Assembly: GCA_964035545.1 (NCBI GenBank)
Contig: OZ037768.1
Span: 9,022,741 to 9,086,740, forward strand
Source of the DNA: Bugula neritina
Taxonomy: Eukaryota > Animalia > Bryozoa
Direction: 5' to 3'
Length of the DNA stretch: 64,000 nt
In this document: positions 27,601-39,600 of the stretch, one piece after another
Layout: the number at the start of each line of letters is the position of its first letter
Position numbering within the stretch: position 1 is the stretch's first letter
Program-made: the position numbers and the translations under genes
Notes under the pieces: generated by a model
The model's database searches: none
What the model saw: the letters and a program-made list of their open reading frames with translations, nothing else
What the model was told of the DNA's origin: nothing

Positions 27601-30600
27601 ATAAAAATAGTTATATACACAAGTTAAAGTATGAATGACAAAACGTGAAATTAAGTTTCAAATCTGAAAACTCACCAGGAGGAGGAGGTTGGTTGCGATT
27701 TTTCATAGCCTTGATTCTCTCCATTCTAGTTTCCTCTATAGCTTTAAGTCTTGCAGCATGATCATCTCGAACTTTGTTTAAAAGTTGAACAAAGCCAGTC
27801 ATAGCGAGCATTCTGTAACGTGCTTCACTGGTCTTCATCCACGGCCAGAACTCTGTAGCAGGCGTATTATTATATAATACACTGAGCAAAGGGCAGATAA
27901 TTCCTCATTAGCTCACAGCAGTTAAGATTAAATGAGTATCATAATTCTCCAAAGTTTATACTAACTTTTCCATAAGTTTGTGTGGTGAATAATTTTTGTT
28001 TATAGTATAACACAATATGATGAAAGATAAGCTACATGATTGTGTTTGCTATAATATTTAAAGGCACTCAATATAGAGTTGAGTGTCTATAATATGTTAC
28101 ATTCTACAAGGATATCTATAAAGTGAATTAGAAAGCAAAAGAAACTATTTCCTGTTTAAGTGAAAATCTATAAAAGCTTCAGCTACGGTCTACTATAACA
28201 AAGCCTACCTTGAGGAAAATGAACCCGTCTGACTACTAAAACATGATACTATTTATAATAATGATACAAAACACATGTGTAATATACTTAAGGCATTAAA
28301 AACAGTAAATACATGTATGCTCCTGCTGTTTCAAGTAACTTGCGAAAAGGTTGGTTGAATGCATTGTTTTTAATCTTTCTAATTTTTTATTTCACTCATC
28401 AGGATGAGGAACTAAAATAAGTTTTTGGCAAGCAGTTATTGCCAATAAAAATCTAGTAACTAAAGTATAAAATTTCTGTTCCAAGAACACTTCATTCTAA
28501 ACATACCCTCAGGTGTAACCCGAAGCTCCTCTGGGGTTCTCATTCGCTTGAAAATGTCCCGATTGTTTTTGACTTTCAGGTTATTTCCATAGTATGTACT
28601 CGGGTCCTTCAGCTGATACTCAGTCTGCTCTTTGATGGACATTTTGCCAAACTTCGCTTTCTTCACATCTGGTGTTTGTTGACGTTCCTTTTCCCTTTCT
28701 TTTTTAACTTTGACTGGGGTGACCACTCGGCCCTGGCCAGATATCATCTCATTCTCTTCGTCACTCTCCTCCATTATTGGTGGATGGTCAGCCACAAAAG
28801 AAACTGGAGCTTCCCTAAAAACCCAAATGAATAAAACTTATTTTCTTTCTTAAACATACAAGTCAAAAAATCTGGTGTGGACTTCTTACAGTACTTTGTT
28901 GGACGGGGAAAAATTGAAAAACTGTTGTACAATCATCCTTAAACAACAACAGCAACACCAAAAATAAGCGTTAAAAACAACAGGAAGCTGTGCACTGTTA
29001 CTAATCCACCAGTGATTGATTCATCCCCGCTGTGGCAAATTATTCGGATTCAGAATTGGGCTTATAAATCATCTCAAAGCCTAATACCTTTAGCAGCATT
29101 TACATTTTTTAAACTGGAATGAATTACAGATTACGGCACAGACCAAGGCTTGCAAGCAGAAATCATACTCCTTATATGAGGGATTGTTGATGATTTCATA
29201 AATATTTCTTGGCAGCTTACAAATTGAATATTATATAAATTTATATATATTTTTTATTAAAATAATGATGCAATTGCAAAATAGATAAGATTCAATCACT
29301 CACACTTTTTTCTCTTTGATTTCTGGCTCCTTTTCCTCCCTTTCCTTTTCCTTTTCTTCACGTTGTTCCTTAATCAAGTCAAGTAGAGGGGCAGAAGATC
29401 CTTTTTTCTTTAATGCATCCCATCCCCTGCTTTTGCTCGAAGACTTTCTAATTGTAGATACCGGTATTGGAAAGTTATCTGTCAAATAAGAATCGAAAAT
29501 AAACTTCAACTCTTAAATAGGAGTAAAGCAATTCATTAAATTTAAGTTTTAAAAACCAAGTCAGTAGACTGGGAAGAATTTTAATTTTGTAGATTTCACA
29601 CTTCCTTTCCAAATAATTAGGACTCTGGAATTTTTGCCATTGTCAGCAATACGCATATATACTTTGTATTCACTTACATAGGATTACGCAGCTGTACAAA
29701 TTATATATTCAGAAAAAAATTAAATTATATAACAATACAAATACATAATAACTCACCTTTACTGTCATCCAAATACAGTAAATATTTTAAAAAGTGTAAT
29801 TGACCATAGCCTGGGTCATGGACAAAGTTTTCAAAACTATGTTTCATTGCTAGGTGCACTGTTACTGGAGCCCAACTGCATTGATAATATATCTAGTACT
29901 GATTTGGGTGCAACTAATATGCTATTCACTAATAGAAGATAGTGTATTTTCCAATACTAATTTGGATTGCTTAGTTTTAAAATCAACATTCAATTGAGAC
30001 TATAAGCTAAAAGCACTTACGCAAATCAATTGTGAAGTTATCACAATAAATATTGAAATGCCAGAAGAATTGATTCTGATATATAATGGTACAGATTATC
30101 GTGCTACAATTTTGAAATACAACTAGATTATGTTAAAATCTAAATGAACAGAAAAATAAGAACTAAATCGTAAGAATCTCACAAATGCCTGAAAGTTTAC
30201 CTAAAGATTGCTTATCTTCAGGTTCGGTGTTCTTAAAGGTGCCCCATCTTTGAGGAAGTCCTCTCTTCAGTCTGTCCATGTCCTCTTGTTTGTGTTTCTC
30301 ATCCAGTAGCACTCTCTGCTCCTCCAGCATGGCCTGAATTGATGGTATTTCAAGGGTATTAGTCAGAGATACAAGGTTATATCTATTATAGATAGGAAAA
30401 TGCGTCGCAAAGGATTGACAGGGTAAACATGAATCAGTATTTCCTCACAAATTAGAAAATTCATGGCGTTAACAATTATAACCGAATACCCTTCCTGACA
30501 TCAGCAATGGCCCTGTTGGGATTCGAACCCATGACCTTGTGTTTAATAGGTTAGAGCTAATCTAATCACTTGACCACAGACACATATACAGTATTATATC

Positions 30601-33600
30601 ATATAGCTACATGCTACTATGCGCAAGTACATCGCACATTATATAATGTATTAGAGACACTACCATATGTATAATATACATAACAATACTTTATATGATA
30701 TTCACAGACAGCAAGTGTATAGATATACATATACAATACATTATATAACATAGAAAACAGTACCAGTATAGATATACATATACAATACATTATATAATAT
30801 AAACAAACACTACCATATAGATATACATATACACTACATTATATAATATAAACAAACACTACCATATAGATATACATATACACTACATTATATAATATAA
30901 ACAAACACTACCATATAGATATACATATACACTACATTATATAATATAAACAAACACTACCATATAGATATACATATACACTACATTATATAATATAAAC
31001 AAACACTACCATATAGATATACATATACACTACATTATATAATATAAACAAACAGTACCAGTATAGATATACATATACAATACATTATATAATATAAACA
31101 AACACTACCATATAGATATACATATACACTACATTATATAATATAAACAAACAGTACCAGTATAGATATACATATACACTACATTATATAATATAAACAA
31201 ACACTACCATATAGATATACATATACACAATACATTATATAATATATATCATAGACAGACACTACCATATAGATATACATATACACTACATTATATAATA
31301 TAAACAAACACTACCATATAGATATACATATACACAATACATTATATAATATATATCATAGACAGACACTACCATATAGATATACATATACACTACATTA
31401 TATAATATATATTATAGACAGACACTACCTGTAGTGTACTGATATATTATGTGTAAGCAATTTGTGTCACACGCAGGTTAAGAGCTTACCACATGATGAG
31501 CCTCTCTCAGTTTCTTCATCATTAGATCAGCCTGAGTGACTGGATCCACTTCTCTCTTCTGCTGAGCCTCTTTTATCTTCTGCTGCAACATGAACTCTTT
31601 GGCAATCTGCTGGGCATGTGCCTTAGATGTGGCACGACGTAGCAGAAACCTCAGCTGCTCCTTTGGTGTCATGGCTGCAACCAAACCAGATGACTTCTGG
31701 ACCAACCTCAGAAAAGCCTTAATCTAGTCTTATATGCTTTACTGTACGCAAAGCAAGTGCCATAATTTTAAGACTTTCACAACAGAGAAAATATACAACA
31801 GCAGTGTCATCGCGAATAGATTCAAGTGCAGTAACTGAGTACGCAACATGATGCCGATCGTGGGTATCCTTTGAGAGATGTCATAAGATTAAAACAAAAG
31901 AATCGGTGAACTGAAGAATATATTTAAGACTACATATAAAAGCTAATTGCAGAGGGAAAATGATTATATAGTGCAGTTTTTTCTTATTACAAATATATGA
32001 ACTTAATTTAATCACACAAGTTTCAGCAAGACTCTCAACCGTAAATATATAAACAGCAGTTTTCTTCTCAAATTCAGCTGACAAAAGCAAGTTTGAATAA
32101 AATACTCAGAACTTATAAAATTTATGAGAAGAATTAGTAGAAGCAAATACTTGGATGTTGCAATACAATATATAATATAAATTTTCTACTTTTAAATGTA
32201 GGCAAATGGAAGAATTAAAATAAGACCACCCATTGATTAGAATTATTGAATTAGCAAAGCCTTAGGGCTTAGGACAATATACAATCCAAAGTTTTATTTA
32301 AGGCAACTCAATGTTCACAGCTTACTGCTCTACAATACACCTGCTCTGAGGCTTTCTGACTTCTATATTATTATAGAGTGTAAATCTGACTGGTCTGTAG
32401 CAGGTCTACTAGCATGCATTGTGGTGAAGACATATTAGCATAAGCTCAACTGTTAATGACAGTGAATAGAATGCTGTCAAGTCTCAATTAGGTTTCCTTA
32501 CAAAGAGCAACATGCTAACCTTCAAATAGAAGTTCTTCAGCATCCTGTTTCTTCTTCTCTTCCACAGGTTCTTGTTCCTTTTCCTTCCTAGACCCCATAA
32601 TGAGGCTGCCAAACCTGGACTTCTTCTCTGATTTAACCTCATCAGCAACTGCTGTTGGCTTGTTGACAGACAGCAAAGAAGATGTTGAGGGAGTTGCCTC
32701 GCTTGGCTTAGCAACAGTAGCGTCTAGAAGGAATGAAATATTTTCCACAAGTTTAGAGAACCAAAAAAGACTAAATTGACTTGGCATTCAATTTGTATCG
32801 CCAAATAAATTTCTAAAGATTATAATCTTGAATTAAACAAATGGCAATCAATATAATGTAGCCTTTAGAAGCTACAAACAAGTTATACATTACATTATGT
32901 TGAACTGTTTCTAAATTAGGCTAACTATTATGTACTGTGAAAAATAGAATTTGGAAGCTACAATGCTAATACTACTAACCACTGAGTATATAAATTATAT
33001 AGATGCATACTTACATAAACTATTTAGCTTTATTTTGCTAATGTTCTCCAAAGCTGCAAACACAATTTCGCGAGATTAGGCAAAATAAAAGGTAAATATT
33101 GACTATAGATAAATAATTTCTATACAGCCTTGTCTAATTCACTAACAATGGAATGATAGGCGATAATCCAGATATACATTTCAAGAACTATATTACAGTG
33201 TGATGAACATCCAATCAATAACTGGTGGCAACACAAAACACAATTAATTAGCTTACTAGTTACAATGTATTGGAAATGAGCATTGTAGCTAGTAAAATCT
33301 TGGCAACCAACAAGATTTCCACATTAGTGCACATTTATTGTACTGTTGAAAGTCAACAGTTGGTGATTTCTCAAAAAACAAACCTAATTTTTAATAGATA
33401 TAAACTTTCTTCATAACTGGCCAATTAAAAGTGTTGTTGAATTCATAATATCTTACGACCACAAAAGAAACTTAGTTTCAACTTTTATAATTTCAGTACA
33501 CCAAAAGATTTTCATTGTAGCTTAGGTAATTAAACTTTTAAGAATACAAAGAAAAGGCAACACTGAATTCTAATGGAACTTACTTAATTTGTCAAGCATG

Positions 33601-36600
33601 TATACATTAATTAATTTATCAATATAAATGGTGAAATAATACATGCAAATCTGCTGTTTTCAACTCAAAATTATTTTGTAATTCATTTTATCAGAAATGT
33701 GTTTGTATGAACATCATACAACTAAAAGAAACTTGAGTTGAAGTATCAAAAAGTTTATTTTGAATTTGTTTCAAGTTAAACCTAAGTTTAAATACCAATA
33801 CTTACCGTTTCCTTTGTTTTCAGTCTCTTCAAGCAACTCTTTTGAAGCACTCTCTGCCCAAGCCTTAGCTCTGATCTTGTTTTCCAGAGCCTTCTGAGCC
33901 CTTCGCTCTTCCTCTTCCTTCCTTTGCCTTTCTAGTCGCTCAGCTTCTTCTTTTGCCTTTCTTTCAGCTTCCTCTTTAGCTTTCTTTTCAGCTAATATTC
34001 TTTCTTTCTCAGCTCTGAATACGATCACACAATATTTAATTTCAATTGAATACAGGTTTTTAATTTAGCACAATTTATGTATAGAAATCTAAATGCATAC
34101 ATGTACAGCATATGAAAACAAATAAACTGCAGAGCCACTACTTAATTTTACTGACATAATAGCAATATTTTGAAAAATATGGATCGTGAACGTAATTTAA
34201 GAATTTACAAAGCAAATCAGCTGACTTTCTGAATTACAGTATCCTCCCATACAACACAAAGTCAAAAATGTACTAGTAAATAAAACTTATGCATGAACAC
34301 TACGTAGAAGTGAACCAGAATGTTAGCCAGGTTTATTTATCAATTAACTACAGACACTTGATACTATTGTTATAACTGAGCTTGACTAATTAAAATTTAA
34401 CCAAAGTGACGCCATCAAAACAACATACCTTGCTTGCTGCCTTTTAGCTTCAAGAATTGCTTCTTTCCGCTTCTTTTCTTCTACGATTTTTTGACGGCTT
34501 TCGGCTGCAGCTAATTTTCTAGCTAAAGCAGGGTCAAATTTTCGTTCTGCTTCATTTTTAGCTGGCTTAGAGGTTGTGTGAGAAGTTTTTACAGTCAGTT
34601 GTTCATTGGCATCTGGCAACTTATCATTTTTAGTAATATTGGCAGTTTTATCTTTTGGCTGATTGCTAGCTTCAGCTACAATGAATTTAGTCCCAGCCTG
34701 ACTTTGAGGTTCTTCTGAGACTATTGTACCAGATCTTTTCCCATTTGCTGTAGAATCTCCACTATCTGGCACCAACAAACTGCTTTTTGGGATGTAGGCT
34801 GAAAGTTCATTTTCCAATACTGGTTGCTTTGCTTCAATATTTGGCAAACCTTTTTCTCCTTTTACTGAAAGCTTTTCACTATCTGCAACTGGCTTTACAC
34901 CCTCTGTAAGTGGCTCTACACTCTCTGCAGGTGACTTTACACTTTCTGCAGGTGGCTTGACACTTTCTGCAGATGGCTTGACACTTTCTGCAGGTGGCTT
35001 TACACTTTCCGCAAGTAGCTTTACACTTTCTGCATGTGGCTTTACACTTTCTGCAGGTGGCTTTGCACTTTCTGCAGGTGGCTTTACACTTTCTGCAGGT
35101 GGCTTTACACTTTCTGCAGGTGATTTTACACTTTCTGCATGTGGCTTTACACTTTGTGCAGGTGGCTTTACACTCTTTGCAGGTGGCTTTACACTCTTTG
35201 CAGGTGGCTTTACACTCTTTGCAGGCGGCTTTACACTTTCTGCAGATGGCTTTACACTTTCTGCAGGTGGCTTTACACTCTTTGCAGGTGGCTTTACACT
35301 TTCTGCAGATGGCTTTACACTCTTTGCAGGTGGCTTTACACTCTTTGCAGGTAGCTTTACACTTTCTGCAGGTGGCTTTACACTTTCTGCAGGTGGCTTT
35401 ACACTTGCTGCAGGTGGCTTTACACTCTTTTCAGGTGACTTTACACTTTCTGCAGGTGGCTTTACACTTTCTGCAGGTGGCTTTACACTTTCTGCAGCAG
35501 AAATGTGATGATTAGTCAGGTCACTTGGCAGAGGCATATTTTCAGGCTCAGTTAAACCTGCATTTACAGGTATGGATGCGAGTAAAGACTTTGAATCAGC
35601 TTCAGCTTTTTTAGGTGTAACTTCCAGGTCTGAGGACTGCTCTTGTTTCTGAATCTCAACGCTGTTTGATTTCAACAAAAGTGGCTCTTTCACATCAACA
35701 CTGGTGTTGGATTGCAAGTCATGATCAGCAGTATTTATTTTCAAATCGACATGCTCCACAGGCATCTTGTTTAGATTTTCGGTGAGTACTGATTTCATAT
35801 TGGCATCTGTTGTTGTTTTGGTTTTATGTAGTGAATGGGTAGATGCAGTTGGTTCAGCCTTTTTAATCTTTTGTTCGTCCTGAGTCGTGTTTTTATTCGA
35901 CTTATCTTTCATCAATTTACGGACATTAGTCTGATTTGTTGATGGCTTTGAACTCTTTCCAGCTGAACTTACAGGGAGTGCTTTGCTTGCATTTTTATCT
36001 GGAACTTGTGGATTTAGATTCAACTTCTGGTTATTTTGATTACCAACATTACTTGAAGATGATTTGCTAACAAGCTTTTCTTTTTGCCCCGAATCGCTTT
36101 GAGGTTTCGCTAAAGTTGAGGAGGACTTTCTACTCTTGTGGGAAGGAGGAGATAGAATAAACCTTCCAGAAGCACCGCTTGTTCGTTTGCCAGTGTTATC
36201 ACGCAGAAAAGGTCCAACATCATTAGACAAGAGAGAGTCACGCCCATTACTATGAGATTTTGTGTCAAGCACATGTCTTTCTGTTGAATTGCTTTTTGAT
36301 GTAGCATAAGGCATTTTAACTTTGAGATCTGACTTCAATTCTGACTTAGCATCAGTTTTTCTACTAGTTGTGATTATTGAGCTGTCTTTTGATGCAAAAC
36401 TAGACTTCTTTAGAACAGGAGCAGGCCCAAAATCTAAATGAACATCAGCTTTCTTCCCAGCTGTTAATCTTTCAAATACATTCTGTCGTCTTTGAGATGA
36501 CTGATTTGGTTTTTTAACATTAGAATCTAACACAGGTGTTTCAGTTTTTAACTTTTCTGTAGGCTTCACTGGATCATTTGTTGTGCTTGCATGATTAGTT

Positions 36601-39600
36601 GGGTTCTGATTATTAACAGAATTTGTATCAGAAGGATGAATTTTCACTGATGCATTAGGTGCAGTAGTAGGTTGTTTAGGCTTTGGCTCAATTGAATATT
36701 CTTCAAGCATAATCAATTCAAGTGGACTAGAAGGATTTGTGTTCGAAGAATTAATTTTTGCTGATGCAGCAGATGACTCAGAAACAGCAGGTGCAGCAGT
36801 GGATTGTTTAAAGTTCGGCTTAGTTGAATGTTCTTCAAGCATGATCAATTCACCTGCAGTAGAAGGATTGCCTAAAGCTGCATTTGACTGAGGCTTCTCA
36901 AATGACGATGGAATTTCAGGCTTTGAAGTCAGTTTATCTGAGCTTGAAGAAGGAGCTGCACTTACTGAACTGTTGTGAGTGTTTGTGCCTTCTTTTTTAT
37001 TAGCTGAATCAGAAAATGCTACAATACTTTTTCTTTTTGTTGAATCAGTGTTGGCTTTTTTAGTGGGCTGAGGTCTTCTAACAGCATCATGCTTGTCTTT
37101 GTATGTTGACTTTACTGAGCGACCTGTGGGAGCAGCATTTGACACAGTAGGGGCATTAGAACTTCTTGATCTATGCTTGTACAAGTCACCGGACCTGGCT
37201 GGTTTGAGCAGTGTTGAAGTATTATTTTCTCCAGCAACTAAAGAACTATTTATTTGGGGACTTGGAGCTTTCAAAGATTTTGAGACCTGTTTAATGGAAC
37301 TAGAATTCTTTTTTTCAGATGTTTCAGCTGCTGGGTCAGACAAGGCTTTTGACCTAAATGTTCTATCTAGCTGATTTCGGCTAGATGTACCTGAAAATGT
37401 AGAGAGTGTCGATTTTTCACCCTTTTTGAAATTTGAATCTGCTACAACATTTTCGGTATTGGCTGATGATGACAACTTATCAGCGCTCTGGTTATTATCT
37501 TTGCTTGCACTAGCCAAACCAACATTTGTTTTTCCTGAGCTAGGTTTATCAACAGCATCATTCGTTACAACTTGAGATTGTACAGATTTAATGTTGACGG
37601 TAATGTCAGTTTCCGCTGTATTAGATTCAGACTTGGATGCACCTGTGGTTGGGGATTTTGTTACTTTCGGAGCTGTTTTCAAACTCATTGTGTTATCATC
37701 CTTCAAGATCTGATGAGGCGCATCAGATTTTTCATGAGACTTTTTCTGTTGAGCATGTAAATTGTTCTTTGAAAGGTTTTGTGCTTCACCTGCTGATTTT
37801 AAAATAGAATGCGATGCTTCTATAATGACACCATCTTTAGAAGTTTTCTCATGAAGGGCCGAGTCTTTTGTGGGAGAAATTTCATTTTTTAGAGAATCTT
37901 TAGTTTTACTGCGTGCCAGATACTCTTGAGGAATTGTAGTTCGTTTAACATTGCCTGAGCTAGGTGTAGGCACAGAAGGCTTTTTTATAGGAACAGATTT
38001 CTTTGCAGTATGTGAAAGTGAAGATGCATAAGGACCTTTCTGACTATCAGGTTTTGTGGAAGTACTGGGTTTTGACACTTTTTCATTCAGTTTTGGTTTT
38101 AAATTTGGCTTTGGGCGTTGTGATAAACTTGGTACTTCAGCATCAGATTCGTGTATATTACTTGAAGGCAGTGGTGGTTTACTAGTTTCAACGACTGTAG
38201 GTGGCCTATTTGTTGCAACTGATTTTGTGTCAACTATTTCTGGTGTTTTTGATTGCTGAGCTAATGGAACCAGATCAACAGTTTTAGGAGTAGCTGATTC
38301 TTTTCCAATTTTGGTTTCAATTGAGCTAGAATTAGAGGGTGCAGGTTTAGTGAAAACTTGCTGTTTATCTGATTTCGCTTTTGAAGATGGCACATGTGGT
38401 ATATGGTTGCTTTGGATCAATGTTTTCTTCTTAAACCCAGACCCATACACTTTGCTTGGAACTTTTGGTGCAATAACTTTTTGTTGGTTGATTGGAGTCT
38501 TGGCTGAACTGTGTTCACTTTGCACGAGGAGAGATTTATTAGGAGCTGCAAGCGTTTTAGAACTATTTGTAGAGAGTGCTTTGTTAGAAAAGTGGTTAGT
38601 ATTTCCATCTTCTTTTCCAACAGACTGATCCGGTGTAGCAACAGACTTTTTTCCAGTATTTGTTCTCGCAGAGGGAAATTTAGCATTCTGAGAATGATGA
38701 GGATTTGAATGAGCATTCTTGGTACTTCCTGATTTTATCAATAAGTTGTCTGAGACTTCCTCCTGTGATTGTGTATTGGAGTTTGATAAATCTTCAAATT
38801 CTTTCTTCCGCAAAGGCTCATTTGCCATAATTCCATGAACAGTACCTTGTTTTTCATTACTTCCAGGCATTTGAAAAGCTTGAGAACCAGTTTCTTCAAA
38901 AGTATTGGGTCTTTTGACCTGAGATTCATTGGGCTCAGAAACATGGGGCTTCACTGTATCAGGATTGCTAGTAATTTTGGGAGGGGAAGACTTTTTAACC
39001 TTTAATTCTTTTAAAGAGGTAGCACTTTTTACCTTTGTTGATTCTTTACTCGATAACAAACTTTTTTGTTTCACAGAAAATTTATCCCCGGAATTTACTA
39101 GTTTACCAGTGATTTGTACGTTCTGGGATTCCTTTACATCAAGAGCAGCAGGCTTTTTATCAGTAATCAAAAGTTTCTGCTTTTCAGAGTTTTCTGGAAC
39201 AGAACTATTCAACTCCATTGGAACATCTTGCAGTTTAGTATTAACATTACCTTCTTGGTTAGCACTAGAGATGTCATGTGTCTCATTTTTCTGACTCACA
39301 GGCAAGTTTTCATTCAAATTACCTTTTCCCAATTTTAGATCTTTAATTTTGGCAGAATCTCTCACATCAGTCGACTCTTTTGTCTTAGTTTCAAATACAT
39401 GCCTCCCACCTCCATGAGGAATCTTAACTGTTGGTTCTTTTGAAACCAATGTATTTTTATCAGCTGAAACATTAGACTGTTTGGAATCAACACCAGTAGA
39501 CTTGGAACCAAGATTTTTGTGCGTTGGCAAGTTCTGCAGCTTCTTGTGTTGTTTTGGCACACCCTGTTGTGATTTTATATTAGAGCCGCTAACAGAACCT

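Noticed and set aside
30500-30581. tRNA gene
   Set aside because: A and B boxes are present but there is no convincing cloverleaf, and it continues into a body shared with a second dispersed copy, so it is a SINE.
30640-31430. CRISPR-like array
   Set aside because: Head-to-tail tandem units without unique spacers, inside a eukaryotic intron, with no cas genes.
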